The notes: generated by a model from the letters alone, not told the origin. Counted from the stretch's first letter, positions 39,559 to 50,517 are shown. The stretch: DNA of 64,000 bases from Candidatus Eiseniibacteriota bacterium (GCA_963823555.1 CAWGMA010000001.1:64001-128000); one strand, 5' to 3'. Made by a program: numbers and translations.

Positions 39559-39574
39559 TGCACATGTCGTGCCG
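39559..39574 (-). promoter_or_regulatory. Sigma54 -24/-12 promoter
   Basis: Minus strand CGGCACGACATGTGCA (one mismatch to YGGCACG-N4-TTGCA), followed by AT-rich AAACTTAT. Confidence 0.6.
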
Positions 39575-39784
39575 CCGGGCAATACCGGCGTGTGCCCGGT
39601 CGAGTCAACTCGATCGGCAGCCGGGCGCCTCGCCATGTGTCGGTCCCGCCATCATCAAGAGCTCGGAGTACGGCTCGGCGCCCGCGCCACTTGCTCGAAT
39701 GGGACCAGATCGATACAGAGGCTCGATCCGTTCGGTGGACAAAATGACCGCGGGCCAAACCGGGGGCTCGCCTTCGTGTCCTGC

Positions 39785-41519
<1,735 letters not shown>

Positions 41520-41636
41520 TGGTCCCGTCCTTGTCTGGCGAATGGGCTCGATGGATGCAAAGTCTACTCAAGCCGCTACCTGCCTGGCAAGGACGCTCGC
41601 CTGTCTGAACGGGTCAACGCAAGCCCTGGAGTCGCC

Positions 41637-43199
41637 CTAGGGTACGGTCGCCGGTTCGGCCACGGGCTGTGGCGCCGGGAGCTCGAGGCAAGATCTCACG
41701 TCGGGGGCCCGGATGTAGGCGGGCGGCCGATCGTAGTTGCACATGACGAAGCCGAGGGTCGAGGGCGCCGCCAGATTGCCGTGCGTCCCGGCGAGATCGA
41801 CCACGAAGTCGAAGAACTTGCTGCCGTAGAAGTGCGTCTCGTCGAAGCTCAGGAGCACCGTGGCGGTGTTGTCGACATGGTTCGTGGCGCCCTCGAACAC
41901 GCGGCGCACCGCATCGGGGTAGTAGTGGCTCGTCGTGTGCTCGAACCAGTCGGCGTCGGCCACCATGCCGCGCTCATCGACGAGCCCCTCCGCCGCCAGG
42001 TTGCGAGCGATCGCGGCGAGCCCGAGCGGATCGCCCTCCTCGGCCGCGTAGCGATAGCGGTTCGCCGCCGGGTCCAAGGTGATGCGCGCCCGCCCGCGGC
42101 CGCCTGAAGCCAGCACCCGCGCCGCCCCCTCCTCGGCGTAGACCGCGAGATCGACGCCCGGGATCGAGAGCGCCGATTCGGCGAAGGCGGCGGCCCGGGT
42201 CGAATCGAGGTAGGCGGCGGCGAAGCCGACGAGCCCGTAGGCCGGGATCACCACCGACGTCGAATCGATGACGCGATCGGCGAGCTTGAATCCGCGGGCC
42301 GCGAGCTCTTGTTCGAGATCGATGCGATGGTTCGGCGTGTAGTTGTTGCCGTGATCCGAACCGAACACGATCCTCAGGTGCCCGCGGTGCGCAAAGATGA
42401 ACTCGCGGAGCAGACGGTCGATCTCGACGAGGATATCGCGGATCCCGGCTTCGCCCAGCTTGTGCGCCACACCGTCGGTGGTTCCCATGTAGGCGATGGC
42501 CAGGTTGGCCCCGTTGGAGTCGAAGTGGTGCATGGCGTTCTTGAGATCCTGGCGCGCCGTCGTATGGGTCGTGAAGTAGATGAGCCCCGAGTAGAGCGAG
42601 GGCTGCTTGTAGCCGAAGACCTTGAGGAACGACTCGTTCTTCTTGACGTTGTACTCCTCGTCGAAGCCGAGGTGGGCCCCGAGGCCGCCCTTGAGCTCGT
42701 TCTTCGCGCGGTCGTAGTAGAGCTCCTCGTAGCCGGGCGGCACCGGGGTGCCGAGCATCTGCGAGAAGCTGAGATACGTCATGGACGGGAAGGGGCTCAC
42801 CATGGCGCTCGGCGGGAAGAACTCGCGAAAGTAGCCCTCTTCCCACATCGCCTTGAGCTGCCGGTCGGGGATGCCGTCGACGAAGAAGATGAAGGTGCGG
42901 TCGTTCTCGACGCTCATGCCCTCGCGGCTGGTCACGTAGTCCGGGGCGCCGTCATCGTTGGTGTCGAACTGGTACAGATCGACGGTCCCATCCCCATCCC
43001 GGTCGATCTCCCAGAAGTCGTCCCGGCCGTCCTCGTCGATGTCGTAGACCCACTCGCCGCCGGCCGGCGACACCGCCTCGATGGGGTCGAACTGGCGGGT
43101 GGCGAACTTCGGGGCGCAGCCGGCGGCGAGGACGAGGCCGAGGGCAAGCGCGGCGACCTCGGCTCGAGCAACGGCTGCGATCGGACGGCGCCCCGCCAT
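41637..43199 (-). CDS. Lipoprotein of the alkaline phosphatase superfamily (type I phosphodiesterase/NPP-like) with N-terminal DxDxDG repeats
   Basis: Lipobox LAAGC; VDG, FPSMT nucleophile, DGVAH, SDHG, GTHG metal ligands; TGATG overlap with the upstream gene. Confidence 0.8.
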   Translation of the reverse strand: MAGRRPIAAVARAEVAALALGLVLAAGCAPKFATRQFDPIEAVSPAGGEWVYDIDEDGRDDFWEIDRDGDGTVDLYQFDTNDDGAPDYVTSREGMSVENDRTFIFFVDGIPDRQLKAMWEEGYFREFFPPSAMVSPFPSMTYLSFSQMLGTPVPPGYEELYYDRAKNELKGGLGAHLGFDEEYNVKKNESFLKVFGYKQPSLYSGLIYFTTHTTARQDLKNAMHHFDSNGANLAIAYMGTTDGVAHKLGEAGIRDILVEIDRLLREFIFAHRGHLRIVFGSDHGNNYTPNHRIDLEQELAARGFKLADRVIDSTSVVIPAYGLVGFAAAYLDSTRAAAFAESALSIPGVDLAVYAEEGAARVLASGGRGRARITLDPAANRYRYAAEEGDPLGLAAIARNLAAEGLVDERGMVADADWFEHTTSHYYPDAVRRVFEGATNHVDNTATVLLSFDETHFYGSKFFDFVVDLAGTHGNLAAPSTLGFVMCNYDRPPAYIRAPDVRSCLELPAPQPVAEPATVP

Positions 43200-44101
43200 C
43201 ACCAGCCCATCGGGTGCCACGCCGTCTTGGTCTCGGTCAGCCGCTCGATCCAGTACGGGCTCTGGGCCTCCCGGCTCGACCACCAGGCCGGCGCCACCGG
43301 CGGATGCAGGTGGACGCGCTTCACGTTCTCGGCCCCCTCGGCCGCCAGCTCGCGCGCGGCCTCGCCCTCGATGTCGTACACCTCGAGCGCGTTCACATCC
43401 ATGTGCCGGGCGAAGTGGGGGAGGAGATCGGCGGGCCGGCCGGTCAGGAGATTGAAGGCGCCGGCGGGCAGATCGCTCGTCGCCGCGCACTCGGCGAAGG
43501 CCACCGCCGAGAGCGGATCCCGCTCGGAAGCCAGGGCGACCACGGTGTTCCCGCTCGCGAGCGCCGGCAGCACGGTCGACACCAGACCGAGGAGCGACGG
43601 CAGGGGTGGGGCCACGACCGCGACCACCCCCGTCGGCTCCGGCACCGAGAAGTCGAAGTAGGAGCCGGCGACCGGATTCACGCTGCTGAAGAGCTGCACG
43701 TACTTGTCGCACCAGCCGGCATACCAGACCGTGCGATCGACGGCGGCCGCCACTTCGCCCCCGGCTTTCTTCTCCGCCACACCCAGCGCCCGGGTGATCT
43801 CGGCGGCGATCTCCGACCGGCGCAGCTCCATCATCTCGGCCAGCCGGTAGAGGATCTGGCCGCGGTTGAACGCCGTACGGCCGCTCCATCCGGGGAAGGC
43901 GCTCCGCGCCGCCTTGACCGCGTCCCGGAGGTCCTTCCGCGACGCACGCGAGGCGCGCGCCACGATCTCGCCGCGCGCGTCCTTGATGGCCATCGTCCGC
44001 CCGCCCTCGGTGCGGGGAAAGGCGCCGCCGATGAAGAGCTTGTAGGTCTTCCGCACATCGAGCCTGCCGGCGCGCGCCGGGCTGCGCTTCGCCGCCGCCA
44101 T
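43199..44101 (-). CDS. Short aldehyde dehydrogenase-like subunit (NAD-binding-like domain, no catalytic Cys segment)
   Basis: KTYKLFIGGAFPR, EPTGVV, HMDVNAL, ETKTAWHP; TGATG coupling on both sides. Confidence 0.85.
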   Translation of the reverse strand: MAAAKRSPARAGRLDVRKTYKLFIGGAFPRTEGGRTMAIKDARGEIVARASRASRKDLRDAVKAARSAFPGWSGRTAFNRGQILYRLAEMMELRRSEIAAEITRALGVAEKKAGGEVAAAVDRTVWYAGWCDKYVQLFSSVNPVAGSYFDFSVPEPTGVVAVVAPPLPSLLGLVSTVLPALASGNTVVALASERDPLSAVAFAECAATSDLPAGAFNLLTGRPADLLPHFARHMDVNALEVYDIEGEAARELAAEGAENVKRVHLHPPVAPAWWSSREAQSPYWIERLTETKTAWHPMGW

Positions 44102-45681
44102 CACACGAGCTCCACGTAGGCGGCGAGCCCCTGCCGGCCGCCTTCCCGCCCGAAACCGGATTCCTTGTAGCCGCCGAACGGCGACGACGGATCGAACTTG
44201 TTGTAGGTGTTCGCCCACACGACGCCGGCGCGGAGCCGGCGGGCGACGGCGAAGATCTTGGCACCCTTGTCGGTCCATACTCCGGCGGCGAGCCCATAGG
44301 GCGTGTTGTTGGCCCGCTCCAGCGCCTCCTCCGGGGTGCGGAAACTGAGCACCGAGAGCACCGGACCGAAGATCTCCTCCCGTGCTATGCGATGCGACTG
44401 CGCGACCCCGGTGAAGAACGTGGGCGGGAACCAGAACCCGCGGGCGGGCAGCCGGCAACGCGACTGGTGCATGGTGGCACCCTCCGCGGCGCCGATCTTG
44501 ACGAGGCGGCGGATCTTCTCGAGCTGGGGGCGCGAGTTGATGGCCCCGATATCGGTGTTCTTGTCGAGCGGGTCGCCCAGGCGGAGGGTCTGGATGCGAT
44601 CCTCGAGCTTCCGCACGACGACCGGGAGGACCGACTCCTCGACCAAGAGCCGGGATCCCGCACAGCAGACATGTCCCTGGTTGAAGTAGATCCCCTGGAT
44701 GATGCCCTCGACGGCCTGGTCGAGGGGGGCATCGGCGAAGAGGATGTTGGCCGACTTGCCGCCGAGCTCGAGGGTGAGCCGCTTGCGCGTGCCGGCGACC
44801 GCGCGCTGGATCTCCTTGCCGACGGCCGTCGACCCGGTGAAGGCGATCTTGTCGACGTCGGGATGGCGGACGAGCGCCGCCCCGGTGGCGCCGCCGCCGG
44901 TCACGATGTTGACCACCCCCGCGGGCAATCCCGCCTCGGCGCAGATTTCGGCGAAGTGGAGGGCGGTGAGCGGGGTCGTCTCTGCCGGCTTGAGCACCAC
45001 CGTGTTGCCGCAGGCGAGGGCCGGCGCCACCTTCCAGGCAAGCATGAGGAGCGGGAAGTTCCAGGGGATGATCTGTCCGGCCACACCGAGCGGACGGGCG
45101 CGCCGCCCCGGGAAGGCGTACTCGAGCTTGTCGGCCCAGCCGGCGTGATAGAAGAAGTGGGCGGCGACGAGCGGCAGATCGATGTCTCTCGACTCGCGGA
45201 TCGGCTTCCCGCCGTCGAGGGTCTCGAGCACCGCGAGCTCGCGCGCGCGGTCCTGCACGAGCCGGGCGATGCGGTACAGGAACTTCGCGCGCTCCTCCGG
45301 CCTGGTTCTGGCCCAGACCGATTCCTGCGCGCGGCGGGCGGCGCCGACCGCGCGATCGATGTCCTCGGGGCCGGCCTCGGCCACCTCGGCGAGCACCTCC
45401 TCGGTCGCCGGGTTCACGGTCGGGAAGGTGCGCCCCGAGCGCGCCTTGACGAACTCCCCGCCGATGTAGAGATCGTAGCGCGGCTTGATCTCCACCTGGT
45501 CGCGCGCCTCGGGCGCCGGCGAGTAGTCCCAGGCCGTGCCGAAGTCGAGCCGGCGCGCGTTGACGGCGGCCAGGGCCGGCGCGGTGGCTGCGCTTCCCGG
45601 CGCCGGGCTCCGGCGTTTCGACGCGGCCCGAGCGCGGGCTTCTGGCGTCCCCGTCCGGCGGGTTCCTTCCGCTTGTCCCAT
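44101..45681 (-). CDS. Aldehyde dehydrogenase (likely acetaldehyde)
   Basis: IIPWNFP, FTGST, LELGGK, NQGHVCCAG, EEIFGP. Confidence 0.95.
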   Translation of the reverse strand: MGQAEGTRRTGTPEARARAASKRRSPAPGSAATAPALAAVNARRLDFGTAWDYSPAPEARDQVEIKPRYDLYIGGEFVKARSGRTFPTVNPATEEVLAEVAEAGPEDIDRAVGAARRAQESVWARTRPEERAKFLYRIARLVQDRARELAVLETLDGGKPIRESRDIDLPLVAAHFFYHAGWADKLEYAFPGRRARPLGVAGQIIPWNFPLLMLAWKVAPALACGNTVVLKPAETTPLTALHFAEICAEAGLPAGVVNIVTGGGATGAALVRHPDVDKIAFTGSTAVGKEIQRAVAGTRKRLTLELGGKSANILFADAPLDQAVEGIIQGIYFNQGHVCCAGSRLLVEESVLPVVVRKLEDRIQTLRLGDPLDKNTDIGAINSRPQLEKIRRLVKIGAAEGATMHQSRCRLPARGFWFPPTFFTGVAQSHRIAREEIFGPVLSVLSFRTPEEALERANNTPYGLAAGVWTDKGAKIFAVARRLRAGVVWANTYNKFDPSSPFGGYKESGFGREGGRQGLAAYVELV

Positions 45682-45722
45682 GCCGTTGTCGCCCTCTCGC
45701 CAACTACTGCGTCATAACGCAG

Positions 45723-46631
45723 CTAGTCGCGGGTAAAGTAGTCCTCGCTCTGGTAGCGACCGCTCGCCTGCTTGACCAGCTGCATGAGCAGGTCATTGGC
45801 CAGCGTGCTGGCCCCGATTCGGAACCGTTCCGGCGTGAGCCAGGCGTCGCCCAGGGTCTCCTTGACGAGCACGAGATAGTGCAGCGCCTGCTTCGCCGTG
45901 CGAATGCCACCTGCGGCCTTGACCCCGACGCGGCGTCCGGTGGCGATATAGAAGTCGCGGACCGCCTCGAGCATGCAGAGGACGACTGCCGGGGTGGCCG
46001 CCGGGCTCGTCTTGCCGGTCGAGGTCTTGACGAAATCGGCTCCGGCCGCCATCACGATCTCGCTCGACTGCCGCACGCGATCGTACGTCTCGAGCTCGCC
46101 GGTCTCGAGGATGACCTTGAGCACGGCGGCGCCGCCGGCCTCCTTCATGGCTGCGACCTCGTCATGAACGCGTGTCACTTCGCCGGCGAGAAAGGCGTTG
46201 CGGTTGAGAACGACATCGATCTCGTCCGCTCCGAGCTCGGCAGCGCGCCGGACCTCGGCGAGCCGGATCGCGAGCGGACTCTGTCCACTGGGGAAGGCGG
46301 CCGCCACCGAGGCCACCCTGACCTTCGACCCTTCGAGCGCGCGGCGGGCTACCGGCACCAGCGTGGAATAGACGCACACGGCAGCGACCGAGGGGATCGT
46401 CGCGTCGCTCTCCAGCGGGCGGACGGCCTTCCGGCACAGGGCTTCGACCTTGCCCGGGGTGTCGCGGCCCTCGAGGGTCGTCAGGTCGACCATGCTCAGG
46501 GCCAGCCGCAAGCCCTGCTGCTTCGACTCGGCCTTGATGCTGCGGCGGCCGAGCGTGGCCGCCCGCTCCTCGAGCGCCACCTGGTCCACGCGGGAGTCGC
46601 GGGCCAGATACGAAGGGGGAATCGGGTTCAT
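45723..46631 (-). CDS. deoC: Deoxyribose-phosphate aldolase
   Basis: GAGGAG RBS; DLTTL, AAVCVY, DEIDVV, LKVILETG, FVKTSTGK, KAAGGIR, RIGAS. Confidence 0.95.
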   Translation of the reverse strand: MNPIPPSYLARDSRVDQVALEERAATLGRRSIKAESKQQGLRLALSMVDLTTLEGRDTPGKVEALCRKAVRPLESDATIPSVAAVCVYSTLVPVARRALEGSKVRVASVAAAFPSGQSPLAIRLAEVRRAAELGADEIDVVLNRNAFLAGEVTRVHDEVAAMKEAGGAAVLKVILETGELETYDRVRQSSEIVMAAGADFVKTSTGKTSPAATPAVVLCMLEAVRDFYIATGRRVGVKAAGGIRTAKQALHYLVLVKETLGDAWLTPERFRIGASTLANDLLMQLVKQASGRYQSEDYFTRD

Positions 46632-46647
46632 GCTGGCTGCGTGCTCC

Positions 46648-47610
46648 TCAACGCATCGAGCGCGGCGCGATCTGGAAGACGGCCTTGCCCTCACTGAACA
46701 GCGTGACGCGCCCGGCCGTCTCCGAGACCACGATGGCCATGGCGCCGGTCTCCCGGCTGATGAAGGCGGCCGCCTGATGGCGCGTACCGAGCCCCTTCAC
46801 GATATGGGTCTCGCCCGGCGGCACGAGCAGATAGCGTCCCGCCGCCATCACGCTGCCATCGGCTTCGATGATGATGGCGCCGTCCATCAGCGCGAAGATC
46901 TTCAGGCTCTCCCGCACCTCGGGTAGCTGTACGTTCCGGCTGCGCTCGGAATAGCCATGATAGGGATTGAAGGTGAGCTGGCGCGAGCGCCGGAGCACCT
47001 GCCGGTCCGCTCCGTAGACCATGATGGTCCCGACCGGCTTGCCCTCGAATCCGAAGCGGCCGATCTCGACCGCCACGTCGAGGAGCGTGGTCAGGATGTC
47101 GATGCGCCCGCCCTGCTCGATCAGGTAGCGCTCGACGTGGCTGGCCTCATCGAACTCGCGGGCGAGATCGACGTCGAGCACCGAGTTGAGCTGGTTCGAG
47201 CCCGATGGCGCGCTGACACAGATGACGTGACCATCGGCCGGGAGCAACGAGGCCGCGCGTGCGCGGAAGATGGCGTACTGCACCCGTGCCGTGCTCGAGG
47301 CGAAGGATCCCGGCGAGAGGATCGCGAGCATGCCGGCTTCGGTGTAGTGGGGGATCATCTTCTCGTCGGTGACGCCGAAGATGAGCTGAATATCTTCCGG
47401 AGCGTGGGACAGCGCATCGACGGGCAGGCGGCCGTCCGCGAGAACGAGGACCTCCTGGGCGCCGCGCTGGCGAGCGAGGAAGAGGGCCGCGTCGAGGGCG
47501 GGCAATCCCGTCAAGCCCTCGCCGCGACCCTCTTCCGCTTCCGCCTGCCGACCTTCCGGCGGCTTCTCGCCCTTTCGCTCGCGCCCGGCGCGGCCCCGCG
47601 TCGAATCCAT
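46648..47610 (-). CDS. Soluble diadenylate cyclase (DisA_N domain, DacZ/CdaZ-like architecture)
   Basis: EGKPVGT, MDGAIII, GLGTRHQAA and VVSE motifs; N-terminal alpha/beta domain; no TM helices. Confidence 0.85.
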   Translation of the reverse strand: MDSTRGRAGRERKGEKPPEGRQAEAEEGRGEGLTGLPALDAALFLARQRGAQEVLVLADGRLPVDALSHAPEDIQLIFGVTDEKMIPHYTEAGMLAILSPGSFASSTARVQYAIFRARAASLLPADGHVICVSAPSGSNQLNSVLDVDLAREFDEASHVERYLIEQGGRIDILTTLLDVAVEIGRFGFEGKPVGTIMVYGADRQVLRRSRQLTFNPYHGYSERSRNVQLPEVRESLKIFALMDGAIIIEADGSVMAAGRYLLVPPGETHIVKGLGTRHQAAAFISRETGAMAIVVSETAGRVTLFSEGKAVFQIAPRSMR

Positions 47611-47651
47611 GCGCCGGAGCATAGCAGAGCGCGGCGGGCTGATCAGGCCGG

Positions 47652-48758
47652 CTAGGGCTTGAGGATCCGGCGCAGGAGATGGAGGCCGGGGCGCGCCCGC
47701 TCGAGCTGCTCCGGGGTCAGGAGCGCGATCACCTGATCATGAAGACGGACGAGATCGGCGCGGAACGCCTCCGGATCGTATCCAGCCTGGGTCAGCGCCG
47801 CCGTGAAGTCGTCGCGCAGATGAGGGCCGAGTCCCAGCCCTGAACCTGTCGAATCCCCGGCACACGGACCACGTCCGCCGCGAGGGCCTGGTCCCATGCC
47901 GGCGCCTGGTCCCATGCCGGCGCCTGGTCCCATGCCGGCGCCTGGGCCCATGCCGGGTCCAGGGCACTCCCCGTTCCCAGGCCCCGGACCGGCTCCCGGG
48001 CCCGGGCCGAAGCCCTGCCCGCGCCCGCCGCCACGCCCACCGCGGCCGCCGCCACGTCCGCCGGGCCAGCTGTCGCCGAGCTGGGCGATCACTCCCGTGA
48101 GCGCGGCGATCTCACCTTCGTGACTCCCGCGAAATTCCGTGATCAGGCGCTGAATTTCACCTTCCTGCTCCGCAGTGAGCTCCAGATCACGGACGACGCG
48201 CTCTCGCCAGGCGTGCCGCCCACGGCGCCCCTGGCGCCACTGCTCCTGCAGGCGCTCGCGCTGCTCGGGAGTGAGCGCTTCCGCGATGGCGTCGTGGAGT
48301 CCCCGCATCTCTTCCCGCAGCGCTCCTGGCGTGAGTCCTTCCTCGGCAAGGAGCGTGTGCCAGCGCTCGCGATCCGGCGGGTTCCCCTGGTTGGCCTCGG
48401 TCCGGGCGTTCTCTCGTGCTCGCTCGAGACGCCCGAGCTGGTCGGCGTTCTCCGCGGTGAAGTCCGCAATCAGCCGGTCCACCTGCTCGCGCTCGGCGGC
48501 CGGGATCTGGGCGGCATCGAGGACCGTGGTCAGGTGCTCGATCGGGTCACGATCGTAGAAGCGGGGTCGGGTTGCGTCGTCCGTTGCTGCGGAGGGCATG
48601 CCCTCCGGCCCGGCCAGGTCTCCGGTCAGGTCGTTCTCATCGCCCCCGCACCCGGCAAGGGCAACGGCGAGTCCCGCGAGGGCCAGGGTCAGAATTCCCA
48701 GCCGCAGATCGAGAGCGAGGCTCCGGCCGGCTGGCCGGGCATGTCGTTGGCGTGGCAT
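47652..48758 (-). CDS. Spy/CpxP-like helical lipoprotein with Gly/Pro-rich insert
   Basis: AGGAGG RBS; lipobox LAGC; repeated LTPEQ/LTAEQ motifs. Confidence 0.75.
   Translation of the reverse strand: MPRQRHARPAGRSLALDLRLGILTLALAGLAVALAGCGGDENDLTGDLAGPEGMPSAATDDATRPRFYDRDPIEHLTTVLDAAQIPAAEREQVDRLIADFTAENADQLGRLERARENARTEANQGNPPDRERWHTLLAEEGLTPGALREEMRGLHDAIAEALTPEQRERLQEQWRQGRRGRHAWRERVVRDLELTAEQEGEIQRLITEFRGSHEGEIAALTGVIAQLGDSWPGGRGGGRGGRGGGRGQGFGPGPGAGPGPGNGECPGPGMGPGAGMGPGAGMGPGAGMGPGPRGGRGPCAGDSTGSGLGLGPHLRDDFTAALTQAGYDPEAFRADLVRLHDQVIALLTPEQLERARPGLHLLRRILKP
47886..47957. repeat. Four tandem 18-bp units encoding (GMGPGA)n
   Basis: GCCTGGTCCCATGCCGGC x3 exact plus one degenerate copy. 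Confidence 0.9.
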
Positions 48759-48841
48759 AGTGGCCTCCTAGGAGGGAGGTGAGTGGCCTGCCCATCCTCC
48801 CGTAGATCCAATGGGCGGTCCAGGGGGACTTCTACCGGCAA

Positions 48842-48869
48842 GACACCCCGGATCGGGCCAGGTGTTGAG
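48842..48869 (-). promoter_or_regulatory. Predicted ECF-sigma promoter CTCAAC-N16-GGTGTC
   Basis: Upstream of the Spy/CpxP lipoprotein gene; motif shared with 48936-48962 and 38871-38897. Confidence 0.65.
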
Positions 48870-48935
48870 CCCTCTTGCTCGCGGCCGGGAACGGGGTGGG
48901 GAGCGGCTTTGTGTGACACGGGGCCGGGCCGTCGC

Positions 48936-48962
48936 CTCAACGGCAGGCCTGCCGCCGGTGTC
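48936..48962 (+). promoter_or_regulatory. Predicted autoregulatory ECF promoter CTCAAC-N15-GGTGTC
   Basis: About 45 bp upstream of the ECF sigma gene; AAC/-35 and GTC/-10 cores typical of ECF promoters. Confidence 0.65.
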
Positions 48963-49007
48963 GAAGCAAGTAGCGGTGGAAGCCGCCTGGAGGACGATGG
49001 GGGCATC

Positions 49008-49577
49008 TTGACCGAGCCGCACGCGACGACCGACGCCGAGCTCGTACAGGCCTCGCGACGCGGTGACCGCGCGGCGTTCAGCCAGCTCGTGGCCCGCCAT
49101 GCGGCGCGGGCGGTGCGGGTGGCGGAGGCCATCCTCGGCAATCGAGCCGAGGCCGAGGATGCCGCTCAAGATGCCTTCATCCGAGCCCTCGAGCGACTCG
49201 ACGGGCTGCGCCGCCCGGAGTCCTTCGCACCATGGTTATTACGGCTCGTGACGACGGTGAGCCTCAATGCGCGCCGGGCTCGCGGCCGGCGCCGCGAGGA
49301 GGAGATCGATGACACCTTGCCGCTTCACGACCCCGATCCGGCGGCCATCGCTGCCGCGGAGGAACTGCGGGAGGCCTTCGGACGGGCGCTGGGCCGGCTG
49401 CCCGAGGAGCGGAGAGTGGCGGTGGTGCTCTGCCTCGTGGAGGGCTTGAACGCGACCGAGGCGGGCCGGATCATGGGCATTCCTCCGGGGACGGTGCGCT
49501 CCCACCTGCACCACGCTCGGAAGAGGCTGCGCGAGGAGCTCCAGGCCTTTGCGCCGGTGAGAGAAGAAGAGCCATGA
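49008..49577 (+). CDS. ECF RNA polymerase sigma factor
   Basis: DAELV...GDRAAF, AEDAAQDAF, FAPWL, GTVRSHLHHAR; start uncertain (TTG 49008). Confidence 0.92.
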   Translation: MTEPHATTDAELVQASRRGDRAAFSQLVARHAARAVRVAEAILGNRAEAEDAAQDAFIRALERLDGLRRPESFAPWLLRLVTTVSLNARRARGRRREEEIDDTLPLHDPDPAAIAAAEELREAFGRALGRLPEERRVAVVLCLVEGLNATEAGRIMGIPPGTVRSHLHHARKRLREELQAFAPVREEEP

Positions 49578-49978
49578 GAGAAGACAGAGACGACTTCGAG
49601 CGAAGAATGGCCCATGTTCTCGGCGACCTCCGGCCGTCTGACGAGACGCCGGCGCCGGGATGGGAGCGGCAGTTCGCGGCCCAGGTGGCGGCGCGAGCCT
49701 CTGCCGAGCTCGATCGCCGTGCTTCGGGCCCGTCGTTCTGGCAGCTTCTTGCCCGCTGGCCGGCGCCCCTCCTTCCAGCAGCTGCCGCGGCGATCGCTCT
49801 TCTCATCGTGCTCACCTCCGGTGGCGGGCTCACCATTCCAGGTTCCGGCGAGGGCGGCGCGGCGGTGCAGGTCATCCTGAGCGGCGATCCTCTCGATGCC
49901 GTGATCGCCGATCCGGTCCTGTCGCTGATCGGGAACACGCCCGCCGGCGAGATCACACCGGGGGAGGTGACGCAGTGA
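49574..49978 (+). CDS. Putative membrane-anchored anti-sigma factor
   Basis: ATGA overlap with the sigma gene; short cytoplasmic N-terminus and a single TM helix. Confidence 0.65.
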   Translation: MREDRDDFERRMAHVLGDLRPSDETPAPGWERQFAAQVAARASAELDRRASGPSFWQLLARWPAPLLPAAAAAIALLIVLTSGGGLTIPGSGEGGAAVQVILSGDPLDAVIADPVLSLIGNTPAGEITPGEVTQ

Positions 49979-50517
49979 ACCGCGGCCCGGCGCTGAAAGC
50001 TACGTTGATGCTCTTGCTGGTGCTCGCGAGCGGCATCCTGCTCGGCATCGTTCTCGATCGCTCTTTCCTGGCCCGGCGCGGCTCGCTGCCCCCAGGGGAG
50101 TTCATGTCGCCGTGGCGCATGGGCCGCATCCTTCACGGGCTCGACCTCTCACCGGAGCAGCGAGCAAGGGTGGACTCGATCCTCGCCGAGCGCCGTATCG
50201 AGCTACACGCCCTGCGCGAGAAGGTGGGCCCGGAGATCGAGGGCATCCGCCACCGCACCGAGGCGGATCTCAGGGCGGAGCTCACTCCCGAACAGGCTCA
50301 GCGCTTCGATCAGAACCTCGAGCAGATCCGGCGATTCGGACCGGCCGGGCGCTCCGGCCGCCACGGGCCCGATGGCGGCGGCCCCGGAGGATGGGGCCCC
50401 GATGGCCGGCGGGGCCACGGCCCGCGGGGGCCGGGCCCGCACGGTCCAGGCCCGCATGGGCCCGGTCCGGAGGGCCATGAGGAACCGCCGCCGGGACCCG
50501 AGGGCGGTGGGTCGTAG
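49975..50517 (+). CDS. Spy/CpxP or periplasmic heavy-metal-sensor-like protein
   Basis: GGAGGT RBS and GTGA overlap; N-terminal TM; LDLSPEQ and LTPEQ motifs; GPHGP-rich tail. Confidence 0.75.
   Translation: MNRGPALKATLMLLLVLASGILLGIVLDRSFLARRGSLPPGEFMSPWRMGRILHGLDLSPEQRARVDSILAERRIELHALREKVGPEIEGIRHRTEADLRAELTPEQAQRFDQNLEQIRRFGPAGRSGRHGPDGGGPGGWGPDGRRGHGPRGPGPHGPGPHGPGPEGHEEPPPGPEGGGS

Noticed and set aside
38922..39565. Small ORFs in the large intergenic gap (38922..39143, 39209..39565, 39241..39495, 38968..39453)
   Set aside because: No convincing RBS-start pairing or protein-like features; not formally excluded without homology data
43200..45703. Apparent 886-aa and 834-aa fusion ORFs (41637..44297, 43199..45703)
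   Set aside because: Their N-terminal parts are off-frame readings of the upstream ALDH genes; true starts are at the TGATG overlaps
46648..47610. DAC as part of a CBASS-like or other antiphage system
   Set aside because: No effector, nuclease or TM-toxin neighbours and no mobile-element context
47886..47957. 18-bp tandem repeat (and the 30-bp repeat at 58098-58263) as possible CRISPR arrays
   Set aside because: No unique spacers, in-frame low-complexity coding linkers, no cas genes
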